NCBI GenBank assembly: GCA_964270895.1
Contig: OZ185445.1
DNA from: Podarcis filfolensis
Taxonomy: Eukaryota
Length of the DNA stretch: 64,000 bases
Strand: one strand, 5' to 3'
In this document: positions 12,722 to 25,530 of the stretch, one piece after another
Layout: every line of letters starts with the position of its first letter
Numbering within the stretch: position 1 is the stretch's first letter
Notes under the pieces: model-generated
Told to the model about the DNA's origin: nothing
Database searches by the model: none
What the model saw: only the letters and a program-made list of their open reading frames with translations
Program-made: the position numbers and the translations under genes

Positions 12722-13068
12722 AAAGGTAAAGGGACCCCTGACTAGTTCAGTCGTGGCCGACTCTGGGGTTGCGGCGCTCATCTCACTTTATAGGCCGAGG
12801 GAGCCGGAGTACAGCTTCCAGGTCACGTGGCCAGCATGACTAAGCCGCTTCTGGCGAACCAGAGCAGCGCACAGAAACGCCGTTTACCTTCCCGCCGGAG
12901 CAGTACCTATTTATCTACTTGCACTTTGATATGCTTTCGGACTGCTAGGTTGGCAGGAGCAGGGACCGAGCAACGGGAGCTCACCCCGTCACGGGGATTC
13001 GAACCGCCGACCTTCTGATTGGCAAGTCCTAGGCTCTGTGGTTTAACCCACAGTGCCACCCACGTCCC
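12722..13068 (-). mobile_element. Sauria SINE
   Basis: Full length; 13-bp TSD AAAATATCCTTTA (12709-12721 / 13072-13084). Confidence 0.95.
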
Positions 13069-13254
13069 TACAAAATATCCTTTAGATGCTCTCCAATGTA
13101 TGTTGTGGCCATACTCAGTGCTCATGAAGGAAGTCTGCACATCCAATGTGCAGATGTGTGTCGTTTCATGCTACCTCCTTCCATGGCTAATTGAGAAGTT
13201 CCAGGGCAGTTTGTAAGTTTTCAAGAAGCTCTGTAAGAAGGTTTGGTAGAAATA

Positions 13255-13455
13255 CTGTTTAAACAACATGGTAAGATAAGATATATATAGTGCAATATAA
13301 ATTAAGAAATGTGAAGATTTGTGATAATTACGGAAAATTATCAGACATGTTGATGGAAGTCTAAAAGAAAAAAAGATGTGTGATGAGTTTTTGATGTTTA
13401 ATGATGTTATAAATTTGTTTTTATTGGAAAATTAATAAAAATCATATTAAAAAGG
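13255..13455 (+). mobile_element. Decayed L1-like 3' UTR
   Basis: A/T-rich stretch ending AAAATTAATAAAAATCATATTAAAA. Similar in style to 55350-55700 and 20555-20830. Confidence 0.45.
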
Positions 13456-14017
13456 GGGAAAAAAGAGAAGTTCCAGGGCAACCTTCATAGGGCTAGTTTC
13501 CTTGTTATGACAGGAGACTTGTCAGAGCTGTCTAGTGCCCATTGGGATTGGCGAGGCAGAAGGCAGGTTGCCCAGTAGGCAGAGCCAGAACCAATGGCAC
13601 TTGGAGCCAACTAAGTCTAGTTTTGTCCCCATCCTCATCCCTGCTGAGTTCTACAAGGGCAACCCTAAGATGAAGGAGGTGGAGCCAGGGGCAATGACAG
13701 TTGGACTCAACTACTTTGGGTTTTTACCCTCAACCTCCCCCTTCTTAGTTCTACAAGGGCAATGCTGAGATTAAGGAAGAGGCAGTCTCGCTCCTTAGAC
13801 CAGTTGCAAGCAAGAAGGCAGGCAGGTGGGGAATGACTGAAAGCAGACGGAAGTTGGTGGAGCATTTCGCCAGACACCTAATGGACCAGCCGCTATTGAA
13901 TTGCACATGTGTGAACACCACCAGTCCATTTTTTTTGGAATTGGGGAGGGCTGGAGTTCCTCCTTCCCCATCTTGCTTTCTCTGCCATCAGCAAGATTTT
14001 AGCTTTGTAGAAAGGAC

Positions 14018-14425
14018 GACGATACGATACGATACGATAATCTTTATTGTCATTGTCCCATACAGAACAATGAAATCGAAAAATCTACATAGGACATTCA
14101 AAAACCAACAAGCCTGCTATCCCAGCTATCCCAACCTGGTTAGCCCCCTAAAAACTCTGATACCCCATTTTTAAATACAATATACACCCATAGAGACTCC
14201 TTACGCTGCGTGTAAAACCAAAATCGCATTTGGATAGAAACTGTTTCTCAGGCGGCTAGTCCTAGTCTTTATAACCCTGTGCCTTCTTCCAGAAGGCAGA
14301 AGCTGAAAGAGATCATTACCGGGGTGCGCACTATCCTGCACTATCTCTGCAGCTTTCTTATGGCACCTGGAAGCATAGATTTGATCCAAGGTGGGAAGAG
14401 TGCACCCAATTATTCTCTCCACATC
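14018..14425 (-). mobile_element. Rex1/Babar LINE 3' fragment
   Basis: ERIIGCTLPTLDQIYASRCHKKAAEIVQDSAHPGNDLFQLLPSGRRHRVIKTRTSRLRNSFYP is a Rex1-type RT C-terminus. Followed by AATAAA and a (TATCG)n tail. Confidence 0.85.
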
Positions 14426-15053
14426 AGTTGAATTTATAGGTCTCATTGTTTCATCCTTATAAGCGTTCACTTAATTAAGTGTGATCTACTTATAAAATTA
14501 GCCCAAAGAAGGGGGACTACCTTGGGCCTTTCCTTTTCCTTTTTCTCATGTTGTATCATTTATTTAATTGTAAGCTTTCAAGGCTGGCCCGTGGCGGCTT
14601 CTTCCTTTAAATAATTGTGTATGGCACATAGCTATTGAAGGCACTTTTAAAATAAACAACGTGTCCTAGGAAATAACATATTATTACGTTGTAAGGAGTG
14701 CTCTAGTTTCTCTTTTCACAACGGATGTATAAAGTCATCTGGGAATGCAGAAGCCAAGACCAGTTTTCTGCCTGGAAGGGGATGTTCCAAGAGAGATGCC
14801 TTGAAGGGCTGTTGAAGTTTGTCCAATTGCTTCCAAACGAGGCAGGATATTAAGGCAACTTTTAACCATAGTTTCATATCCAGGCTTGTTTAGAAGCCAT
14901 GAACCCTAGTTGTGCTGGGATCACACATAATAGCAAACTGTGGTTAAGAGTTGAATGCCCACTTGTTCCGCCACTTGTGTCTGGGGAGGACCAAAGCAGT
15001 AAGAAGAGATCCACCTGTTCATGAATGATGCTTGTGCATATTCTGACTTACTA

Positions 15054-15580
15054 AGCAGGTGAACTAATGCCAGTGTACTAGAAGATGCAAAGATCACCAG
15101 TGTTGAAGCAATGATTCTTCAACAACAACTTCGTTGGACTGGTCATGTTGTGCGGATGCCTGATTATTGTCTTCCAAAGCAGCTACTCTATTCTGAACTT
15201 AAAAATGGAAGGTGTAATGCTGGTGGTCAACAAAAGAGGTTCAAAGACTCTCTCAGAGCAAATCTTTAAAAATGTAGTATAAACACTGACAACTGGGAAA
15301 CACTGGCCTGCGAGTGCTCCAATTGGAGAACAGCCTTTACCAAAGATGTCGTGGGTTTTGAAGACACTCAGACTCAGGACGAAAGGGAGAAGTGTGCTAA
15401 GAGGAAGGTGCGCTTGGCAAACTATCACCATGATCAACTCCCTCCCAGAAACCTATGTCCCCACCGTGGAAGGACGTGTGGATCCAGAATTGGCCTCCAC
15501 AGTCACTTACGGACTCACTGCTAAATCCCTGTTTTGGAAGACAGTTTTACTTGGCTACAAGTAATCACCAAAGAAGAAGA
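15054..15580 (+). mobile_element. RTE-clade (non-BovB) LINE 3' fragment
   Basis: QLRWTGHVVRMPD..LPKQLLYSEL...KRFKDSL and a terminal C2H2-like CPHRGRTCGSRIGLHSHLRTH; ends in a (GAA)n tail. Confidence 0.85.
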
Positions 15581-15612
15581 CTATGTGTGGACGGTGCTTC
15601 AAACTAGCTGGC

Positions 15613-15658
<46 letters not shown>

Positions 15659-15881
15659 GTGGTACCTCGGGTTAAGTACTTAATTCGTTCCGGAGGTCCG
15701 TTCTTAACCTGAAACTGTTCTTAACCTGAAGCACCACTTTAGCTAATGGGGCCTCCCGCTGCTGCCGTGCCGCTGGAGCACGATTTCTGTTCTCATCCTG
15801 ATGCAAAGTTCTTAACCCAAGGTACTATTTCTGGGTTAGCGGAGTATGTAACCTGAGGCTTATGTAACCCGAGGTACCACT

Positions 15882-15933
<52 letters not shown>
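15613..15933. repeat. (ATT)n microsatellite on both sides of a MITE
   Basis: Directly visible; other (ATT)/(AAT)n tracts at about 18180-18232 and 33845-33890. Confidence 0.95.
15657..15882. mobile_element. pogo/Tigger-type MITE, family A
   Basis: TIRs (T)AGTGGTACCTCGGGTTA / TAACCCGAGGTACCACTG; TA flanks inside (ATT)n. Confidence 0.88.
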
Positions 15934-16729
15934 CCAATGGGCATCAGCCACCATGGCATACAGCCCTCAGCTGGATTGGGGTCATTGCTTATTTGTAACT
16001 GAACTTATCAAAGGCCAGAACATTAATCCTTGCAAAGAATTCTGCTCTTTCTCTCTCACACACACTTCTTCAGCAGCTTCCACAATGGCTGCCGCTCTCC
16101 ATTGCAGAACAGTTTCCAAAACTGTACAAGACGCCCTTTTAGGCAGGGTGTGGGAGTCCTACGCTCCACTAGAGAGCGGTCCAACTGAATAGCCAGCAGG
16201 ACAGGCATTTGGGGGGGGGGGGGAAATGCAATGAATCAGCGTTATCACAAATGAGCAAATAAAGAGTTCATTCAGGTTTTGTGTGTGCGTGTGTATAACT
16301 TAAACAGATTTTTATTTTTATTTTGTACAATGTAAAGCAGAACAGAGCCAAAGATTTTGCAACACTGTAAAACTTCCAGAAACCAAATTCCCTCCCTAAA
16401 AACAGATGGTTATTATTTGAAAGGGGTGTTAGATTACACACATATATTGGCTATTTCAGCACCTGCAGGAAACAGACTTCGTGTACCTTTTGCAGCCCTC
16501 ACCACTGCAAGGAACGAAAAGGGGGCTTGTTGTTTTTCATGGGGTGTTTTCCCATTAGACATTACTTTTACTGGGTTCAAGCCACAGTACTGGGTAATCC
16601 ATATGGTTAGTATCAAGTGGGAATAACTTTTTTGCATTTTTTTTTTTAATACACCCATCTTATTTATACAGTTATGCTATACACTTTGCGCTTAGAAATA
16701 TTTTTAGCCTGATATCTGGATCTATCCCT

Positions 16730-17086
16730 AAAGGTAAAGGTAAAGGGACCCCTGACCATTAGGTCCAGTTGTGACCGACTCTGGGGTTGCGGCGCTCATC
16801 TCGCTTTACTGGCTGAGGGAGCCGGCGTACAGCTTCCGGGTCATGTGGCCAGCATGACTAAGCCGCTTCTGGCGAACCAGAGCAGCGCACGGAAACACCG
16901 TTTACCTTCCCGCCGGAGCGGTACCTATTTATCTACTTGCATTTTGACGTGCTTTCGAACTGCTAGGTTGGCAGGAGCAAGGACCGAGCAACGGGAGCTC
17001 ACCCCATCGCGGGGATTCGAACCGCCAACCTTCTGATCAGCAAGTCCTAGGCTCTGTGGTTTAACCCACAGCACCACCCGCATCCC
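16730..17086 (-). mobile_element. Sauria SINE
   Basis: Full length, highly similar to the other copies. Confidence 0.95.
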
Positions 17087-17884
17087 TAAGTCTCATTAAT
17101 TAACAGAAAGCAACGGTGTGGCAAAGCCCACAAACCAAGAAGGCAACTGCTTCGACTCAAGAAGAGAAAGTATGAAGTAGTAGCAGATCCAGGAGGAGAG
17201 GATGGGTGCAAAAGCATGTATGCTCCAATAATAACAATAATGTATTACTTATACCTCAACCATCCAACTGGGTTGCCTCAGCAATAAAATGGGTGTGTGT
17301 AGGATAGATGGCACTGGAACATTCATCATGATTTGCTCACACAAAGCTTGCATGGTGGTTAGATTATGTCTGGTCTTTATTGAGCATTTGTTCTGACTGG
17401 TTTGCAGGGAGGTTATATGACAATGAGCATTCATCCCACATTTATCGCAATTTGCTTGCAGGGTGTTTATACATGTTCCCGCTAATCATTTGTTCATCCC
17501 ATACTTTTCAGTGCATTTCCCCATCACTCTCCAAACTGCAAAAAGACATTCTTAAAACATTGATATATATTTTTTACACATAGGACATGAGAATACTTTA
17601 ATCCACTGGGCAAAACCAAAGTTCTGGTATGCACTTGAATCCCCCCTGCAAAGTACCGACACACCGTACACACCTGCTGTCTGAACAACTCAATAGACTA
17701 ATGTTTGTGAGGAGTCTATAGGGCAGAATGGGCAGCACAAAAATCAGGATCTACTAGGAAGTGACTGGGTGATTTGCAGTAGGTTGACAAAGCTTTATGA
17801 CTCTCAGTTGGTCAATAATAGCAAGAATGAAGGGGACACACACAGAGAGAGAGAGAGAAAACCCTTAATTAGGCTGCTGAATTG

Positions 17885-18180
17885 AAGCTTCAGAGCCAGG
17901 GGTTGGAATTGACCACCAAGTCTCAACTAGGGCCAGGGTCTTTTCAGCACTGGCCCCGACTTGGTGGAACGCTCTGTCACAAGAGACTAGGGCCCTGCGG
18001 GACTAGACATCTTTCTGCAGGGCCTGCAAGACAGAGCTGTTCCACCTGGCCTTTGGTTTGGACTCAGTCTGACCTCCCCTTACGGTTTTGATTTATGGGC
18101 TACTTTTAAAATGAGGCTGCTTTTTAAATTGCATTTTAACCTGTATTTTAAATTGGGTCGTCGTCCCCCCATTATGTTTC

Positions 18181-18232
<52 letters not shown>
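17885..18232 (+). mobile_element. L2-like 3' end with (ATT)n tail
   Basis: AGGGTCTTTTCAGCACTGGCCCCGACTTGGTGGAACGCTCTG...ACAGAGCTGTTCCAC motif typical of L2 3' ends. Confidence 0.65.
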
Positions 18233-18233
<1 letters not shown>

Positions 18234-18430
18234 CCCCCTTATGACTCTATGATTCTATGATGTCAGTCCTGGTTTGATATCTTGATGTTATGATGATAAG
18301 ACTAACTTACTGGGAAGAGAAATTGTTGCATCATGACACATTTCCAAAGCGGCAGCCATAGTTGCTGAAGGTGGCAGTCAATTTGCTAACCAAGCGACGT
18401 TCAAAGCAGCATATCCAAAGCCTCACTTAC

Positions 18431-18604
18431 GGGTTCCAGGACTTCTGGCACCAGAGTCTTTCCTTTGTCCTCCTCCTCCTCCTCCTCTGGCTCTTCGTTC
18501 TCTTTATTGTCAGTCCAGGGAGCCGCATCTTGAGCAGAGCAAGTGCTGATTAAGTCTGGCAAACTTGTAGATGGGTAACTGAGAAAATCCTCTTCTGCCC
18601 CTTC
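18431..18604 (-). CDS. PDZD2: PDZD2 exon, acidic linker after PDZ2, 174 nt, phase 0 to 0
   Basis: Acceptor ttcttcctctcctcctcctcacag|GAA, donor GAA CCC|gtaagt. Translates EGAEEDFLSYPSTSLPDLISTCSAQDAAPWTDNKENEEPEEEEEEDK..., resembling the PDZD2 SLPDL...WTDN motifs. Confidence 0.88.
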
Positions 18605-19029
18605 CTGTGAGGAGGAGGAGAGGAAGAAAAACACTTGGCATTACATCCTTGAACATACAAGCTTAGTACAACAACCCTGAAAAGTTAGTGATGTATTAGT
18701 TTTGAATGATATATTGTGGGTAGGTGTAAAGGGAGATTGCGATGGTACATACTGGTGAAGACAACTGTCTTGAGACTCCCAGAAGTGATCTAATCATACA
18801 ATCCACACAAGCAATGAATGCAAGAACATAGTCATGAGCACAACACCCTTCAAAAATGTTCACCTCTGTTTTTGTTTTTATTTTAACAGTCATCCAATGG
18901 TTCTATTACCTCCCTGGTTTCCTGCTTCTTTAATGGTGTGTGGGTGTGTTTGAAGCTCTTTTGGTATTAAGCAGGATATAAATGTATGAAATACATACAT
19001 TTTAAAACTTAGTTTGTATAGCTTTTGCT

Positions 19030-19168
19030 AAAGTTTGTTAGAGCATGGTGCTGATAATACCAAGGTTGCAGGTTCAATCCTCGTATGGGACAGCTGCATA
19101 TTCCTGCATTGTAGGGGGTTGGACTAGATGATCCTCAGGGTCCCTTCCAGCTCTACAAGTCTATGATC
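19030..19168 (+). mobile_element. tRNA-head / CR1-tail SINE
   Basis: GTTAGAGCATGG...GCAGGTTCAATCC head with the same CR1-like tail. Confidence 0.75.
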
Positions 19169-21330
19169 CTTATAGCCTTTCTTGTCTTACTGTAGGCTTG
19201 TATAATTCCCTGCTTTCAGTTGTGCATACTCTCAGGAAATCATGCTGAGGACTGTGGGCTTCAATCCATTATCCTCAAACCATGGATAATTAGAGTACTA
19301 CTCCACTCTGAGAATTGTAACTATGTGAGAGGCATAACTACTCCCACACCTTTAGCAAACTACAGTTCCCATGATTCTTTGGGGGAAGCCATGACTGCTT
19401 AAAGCAGTATGATACAGCGTTAAATGCATATGGTGCAGATGTGGCCCTAGTGAACCAAGGAGCTGAATCAGGTTGGATTTCTTGGTTGGAAACAGACAAT
19501 AGTTTTGAAAAGAGCTGAAATCAATGTGATGTGCCTGTGGTATACATTTCTTTTGTTCCATTTTGCATGTTGCTTTAAGAAAAGGGGGGGGGAGAGACGA
19601 GGTCATAATGTGTTCACTGGAATAATTCGCACTAACATGTTCATAAGCTGATGATGGCAGCATCAAATGGCAAGTCACATGCATGGAGCAGCCATTACTA
19701 TCCAACACGATAGACCAGCCTTCCGCAACCTGGGGCTTTCTAGATGTTTTGGACCAATTCCCATCAGCTCTAGGCAGCATGGCCAACGATGGCAGCTGTA
19801 TTCCAAAACATATGGAGGACAGCAAGCAGGTCAGAGGAAGCTGCCACAGAAAGAACTTTCCCTCCATCACAAGGCTTGCTTTTCAGCCAAGTCCCATTCA
19901 GTTGCATCGAAGTTGACTAGTCAAGTGAAGTGTGTGCATGCCTGAAGCAGCCCTTCACATCTCTCCTGAAAATGAACACAGCACAACCTGCAGTTCACCT
20001 GAAGCAGATTCTGGCAGGGTTTTCTCCTAGGAGAATTCATGTCAGTTGTAGAGATTCTGGTGTGGCATGACTGGAGAAAGGACTTCGGGAAGGTGTGGGC
20101 CAAAACCCAGCTCTTGAAACGCAGCCCAACTCAAACGCAAGCACATCAACCTACATTCTGAATGGTTCTACTGACAAGGTGAGGGATACACTGCGAAGCT
20201 GCTGCCAAACTGGCCGATGCTGAATAACTCCAGCTGAAATGTCATCGTAAGCTAACGACTCTTGAGTCTTGTCAGGGGACTTGGCGGGTGTGTCTTTTGC
20301 TCATGGTACAGGGTTTTAAATTTTGGACATGGGCTGCAAGAGGCAATGTTGTAATTCATGGTCATATTCTAGCCAAGGAATGTGTGATCTGGGCAAGGAG
20401 GGTGGCCTGGGAAAAGTTGGATAGAGAAGGCCAGACAGAGAGGTCTCAAGGGCCGCACTTGAGGTTTCTCATACGTACTCTAGCATGTAGTGGAAGCATG
20501 AGAGAAGAGTTAAGCTTTGGAAGGTGGTCACTGGGTTAATAAACAATCCCTATTAAACTTTGTTAAATGGCATGTGATAGCCAGAAAAAATATTTGACAA
20601 ATTTTGGGAAAGTAATAGAAACACAAATAGAAGGATTTGGGAACTATTAGAAATAGTTACACTGACAACACTTTTGAGAAATGTAGATTAACAGTGAGGT
20701 AAGTGTGAGAAGGTGAGATTTAATGACACAATATGCATATTAAAGGAATATACCAGGAATAAAATTGATGGTGAATGAGTATATGATGCTATTCAATGAA
20801 CTACTGAAGATATGAGAAACTGGGCTTTTAATAGGTCAAAATGAATTCATTTGTCTTCCCCTATTGTTCTATGTATTGATGGAAACGATTAGATGCATAT
20901 TTAGCACTTTAATCATTACAGCGTTTCATGCCGTCGAATGACATGGGGTGACAATGGTTTGAACACATATTCTCTGCCTCCAAAACAAACACCTCAGAAA
21001 GCAGAAAATGTATTCCAAGGCTACTTCAAACACACATTAGAATGTATAACACCCCGATATAGCTCAACTAATAGCCATTGTGGGACCTCTTCTCCATTAA
21101 TTTAATAAAACAAACTAAGCTAATTGCTATTGTCCAATGTTGCAATGGCAAATTCCCCAGGTTACAGTATTGCTTCACTGGGTAAAGATGTACCTTCTTT
21201 TGTCAGTCCTGAATTTTCCCACCCGTTTTTCAAAAGCCATCTAAGCTAGTGGCTACAGTCACATACTGCAGGAGTAGATTTTCCATGCACACCTAAATGT
21301 ACTAAATCCATTTAATGGACTATTACCTAC

Positions 21331-21463
21331 CCTGCTTGCAACTACCAGGTACACAAGGCCTTCAGCCGACCGGAGAAGAGCGACAGCATCTTGATGGGAG
21401 AGGCCAACCAAAGAGTGGCCATTGATCATGAGCAGTTCATCGCCAACTTTCAGTCTACCATCT
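21331..21463 (-). CDS. PDZD2: PDZD2 exon, second half of PDZ2, 133 nt, phase 2 to 0
   Basis: Acceptor ttttcctctttccttag|A GAT, donor AGC AGG|gtaggt. Translates DGRLKVGDELLMINGHSLVGLSHQDAVALLRSAEGLVYLVVASR, a classic PDZ C-terminal half. Confidence 0.95.
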
Positions 21464-23153
21464 CTAAGGAAAGAGGAAAAGGACAACAAAGACTTTTCAG
21501 TTTCATGGGGAATGTTTCTAGGTTCTGAAGCGCCAAGAAAATTATTATTCTGTAGGCGAACATTATATTCTGATGCTACTGCTCAAGGAACAACAGGAGG
21601 TACCACATCATTTGGGCAAAAGTGTTGTGTGTTTTTTAATAATAATAAAAAATGGGTCGCCACACACCCCCTTGCCCAGTCAAAGAAAGCAAGAATAAAT
21701 GTTGGCACTTTCTTTTCCCCATCCTCCTACTTTCAGTGGGGAAGTTTCAAGTCGAATATAGGAGGCACCGCCTGCATTTTGTTAATAATGAATATTCAAG
21801 TCACTCCACATTTACTTAACACCTTCTCTGGAGCGTCTCGGAGCACTTTATAGACACTAACGATATCACTGGTAAGTAGGTCAGCTTTAATATTAAATTT
21901 TCCGTGGAGCAGTTAACTCGCTCACTTGCTGTGGAGTAGTTAGCTCGGCATGTTCCCTTTCCTGTAGTACAACTGCCCAGCACCAAATCCATCTCCCCAG
22001 GTAGGAACAGGCAGGAACCCTGGCAGACTTCTGCCAGCCTCTTTTTCAAGATATGGACCCTGCCAAGTCTTATGTGTAGTGTACCTGACCTACTTTCTCA
22101 CTGTAGTGAGGGAATCCTATAACATGCTACAACAGTAAGCTTGCCAGACAAAAGCTCAGAAACAAAGAACAACCTAAAGCAGGAATGGGGAACCAGTGGC
22201 TGTCCAGATGGGGTTGGACTCCAACTCCCATCCGTCCCAGACAGCATGATCAATGGTTAGGGATGTTGAATGAAGGTACTCTTCATGAAAATGAGGTGTA
22301 CATGTACATTTTATGCTAGGCCAAAAAACCTCCAAGGATCCTTTTCTTCCACCTGCATAAGAAATGCCATCCCATAAAGGGCGACGGGATCTAATTATAT
22401 GGCTGTTTACGTTCCAGGTTCAGGAAGCTATCGCAGATTTTTGAAACACATGTGAGTTGCGCACTTCTTACTACCCTGGTGGCTTCCAGATTTCCAAATA
22501 AGCCTTGTTCAAATTGCTTCAGTCTCTCAGATCTCTGATTTTCCTGGTGGTGGAACTGGAACAGCAAGAAACTCAAGGGTGCTCCAGGCAATTTATTTAC
22601 TAACATCAGGCACACCACGGGCAGGAGGATGCCCTCAAAAGGGTGATGGCAAAGGGATTAATCTGTTTGGGGTTGTTGCTTCAGGGGCAAAGCACAATCT
22701 TACAGGGACTTATTCTATCAAGCCTCATATCAAGATTTTTGGTTGGTTGCAGCTTCTGCTGTAGAAACTAAAAACCCTGATATGAGACTTGAAAGAATCT
22801 AGACAGAGCAGGGAGCTAGGTGGGTGTCCTAGAGGAGCTCTAGTGGGGCCTCTAGAAGTTGCCTTCAGTATGAGGAAGGCTTGAGAAACGTTTTTAGTGG
22901 TGAGATTTAGTGGCTGTGTGGGGAAACAACTCTTGCAACAGCATCAATTTATTATTTTACTTTTTCTCGTTTGTTTTGGATTTGAATTTTAAGATGCTTT
23001 GAGGGGCCAATGCTTGCTGGAAAGCGGGGAATAATAATAATAAAAAAACTAATTTGGCAGCTGCCCACTGTTTTCGTTTACTTAAACCTTTGTGTTACAC
23101 CCAAACGATGGGATAGTCAGATGTGCATGATGTGACAACAGAACAAATCGTAC

Positions 23154-23296
23154 CTGTGAGCAGAGCCTCCTTCTTCCACCCGTGCGATAATGATGGCGTG
23201 AGGAGAACGTTTCGATCCTCGGCCTCCGGTGATCTGGATTCCCAGCCCATCTGTTCCCTTCATCATGGTCATCTTCCATATCCGGCAACCTTCTCG
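23154..23296 (-). CDS. PDZD2: PDZD2 exon, first half of PDZ2, 143 nt, phase 0 to 2
   Basis: Acceptor ttcctctcccag|CGA, donor CAC AG|gtacga. Translates REGCRIWKMTMMKGTDGLGIQITGGRGSKRSPHAIIIARVEEGGSAH(R), with the GLGI carboxylate-binding loop. This frame is absent from the ORF track. Confidence 0.93.
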
Positions 23297-23697
23297 CTGG
23301 GAGAGGAATTTTCAGAGAGTTCTTGCATTTTTATTTAGGAGAAGACACTTTCCAGCTGCATCTTAAAATTTCTCACTCTGGCTGAGAGATCTAGCAGACC
23401 AGATCAGCGTGTGCAAACTGGGCTTTTGTTTTGTTGGAAAGGGAAAGGCAAGAGGCCTCAGAGAGAGACCTTTTGCTTCTCCTTTGCCAGCAAAGGAAAC
23501 CTGGGTGCTTGAGATATTACAGGTCATAGTTAAAGCATATTGTTTTGGCAGTTTTTGCACTCAGTTTTTGCACATGCCCATCTCCTAAATATCAAAATGC
23601 AACCATGTTGTGTCTCATTTTGCAGTAATCATCATGGAAGCGCATATATTCAAGTTAATATTCAGCTGTAAGTATTTTGTATTAACTGAAATGAGTA

Positions 23698-23935
23698 CAG
23701 TGGTACCTTGGTTCGCAACCACTTTGGATTACAACCGTTCTGGATTACAACCACATCAAACCCGGAAGTGCATGTCCCTTTTTTTGGATTACAACCCATT
23801 TTTGGGGGATTATAACCCCCCAAAAAATTTTTTGGGGGAGGTCCCATTGGCGAAAGCGCGCTTTGGGTTACAACCTGTTTTGGTTTACAACCAGACCTCT
23901 GGAACGGATTATGTTTGTAAACAAAGGTACCACTG
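23698..23935. mobile_element. pogo/Tigger-type MITE, family C
   Basis: TIRs CAGTGGTACCTT / AAGGTACCACTG with a TA TSD on both sides. Confidence 0.88.
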
Positions 23936-24146
23936 TACAGGCAACTCCCAATTTACGTGTGCCTAATCGATGTGCAACCATGCTGAACCCAGAAGTGACT
24001 TTAAAAATGGTAATAAGGGCCCCAAAAGAGCAAAAAAAGAAGAAGAAAGGCAATTTATAAAATATTGGCAGGTGGGGCCTACCAACTCATCAAGAGATAT
24101 TACAGCTCCCTCGCTGAATTTTCAACTTGGGAGGGGGAGTATGTCT

Positions 24147-24448
24147 CAAGACTTCTGGAAGAACTTTCTTTTGGTAAGAGTTGTTCAACAGTGGTATGGA
24201 TTCAAATTACAAGGGAGTAGATTCAGACTAAATATCAGAAAGAACTTTCTGACAGTAAGAGTTGTTGGACAGTGGAACAGACTCCCTCAGGAGGTTGTGG
24301 ACTCTCCTTCCCTGGAGGGTTTTAAGCAGAGTTTGGGGGGGGGGTATCTGTCATAGAGGCTTTAGCTGAGATTCCTGCATTGCAGAGGGTTTGATTAGAT
24401 GACCCTCGGGACTCCTTCCAATGCTACAATTCTATGAATCTATGATTT
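24147..24448 (+). mobile_element. CR1 LINE 3' end
   Basis: RFRLNIRKNFLTVRVVGQWNRLPQEVVDSPSLE peptide and a terminal ATTCTATGA octamer-like repeat. The AAGAACTTTCT...GTAAGAGTTGTT block is duplicated. Confidence 0.88.
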
Positions 24449-25288
24449 TAAGATTGCTTAGTATGCAGGCAATATTACTCCTAATTGCTCACTTAAGAGG
24501 CGATACCATGAACTACTTTGAGCATATCTGGGTACCTATGTTTATGTCCTGACTTTCTCTGCCCCTTTAGGCTCCTGTACCCCAAGATCCCTGGCTAACC
24601 GGCCTGATATCTACTGGGACAAAGCATGTACACTTCGATTCCAGGTATCAAATATTTCTTTGCTCTTGCACTGCACAAAAGTACAGAAACGGTGATGGCA
24701 ATTTATCTGGAGGCAAGGTGTACTGGGAGGCTGTTGGGTAGAAAATCCAGCTCGGTTTTCAGATGCGAGCTGACATCTGGGGGTTACAAGGGCGACTCCC
24801 CCCCCCGCCCCCGTACTTGGCAGAGACTTTGCTGCAAAAGGTGAAGAGCTTGTGGTAAGAGTGAGATGGTTGTCTTTTGGCACGTCTTCCTTGTCAGCAG
24901 CACTCAGCAGACAGGACAGTGGGCCCCCAAGCACTTAGACAGGCATCGTTTTAAGTGAAAGAGAGGAGCATTTGCCATAATTGAACATAACAGTTTGCAG
25001 AAGAAGAAGATGTTATTCTAGTGCTATAAGGTTCTTTCTTTCTTTCTTTTTAAGAAAGGGATTCCCATGATACACTGAAACTCAGGCGCTTACTGCACTG
25101 CAGTATTTTACCATTCTGTACTCATTTATTCAATCCCACCCCCTACCCCCCACTTCATATTCATGCGCTTCGTTATATCAAACACAGATAACAGAATCAC
25201 CGCTTATAAGGACACAACAGAGTGCTTTATATCAGATCAGACTATTTGCCTAATATTGTCTTCTCTGACTGGCAAAACAAATACAATA

Positions 25289-25530
25289 CAGTAGTACCTC
25301 GGGTTAAGTACTTAATTCGTTCCGGAGGTCTGTTCTTAACTTGAAACTATTCTTAACCTGAAGCACCACTTTAGCTAATGGGGCCTCCTGCTGCAGCTGC
25401 GCCGCCAGAGCACGATTTCTGTTCCCATCCTGAAGCAAAGTTCTTAACCCGAGGTAATATTTCTGGGTTAGTGGAGTCTGTAACCTGAAGTGTCTGTAAC
25501 CTGAAGCGTATGTAACCCGAGGTACCACTG
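25289..25530. mobile_element. pogo/Tigger-type MITE, family A
   Basis: TA TSD; same body as 15657-15882. Confidence 0.88.

Noticed and set aside
12827-13018. Recurrent 60-100 aa ORF MASMTKPLLANQSS...RGFEPPTF (also 16845, 29007, 36486, 53835, 59388)
   Set aside because: It is the antisense reading of Sauria SINE copies; recurrence reflects SINE copy number, not a gene family.
1-18430. Next PDZD2 exon (expected KLKSRLSG / GRKHSLPQLLD-like peptides)
   Set aside because: No matching peptide with splice sites found by eye; it probably lies left of the window. A tblastn with a bird PDZD2 would settle this.
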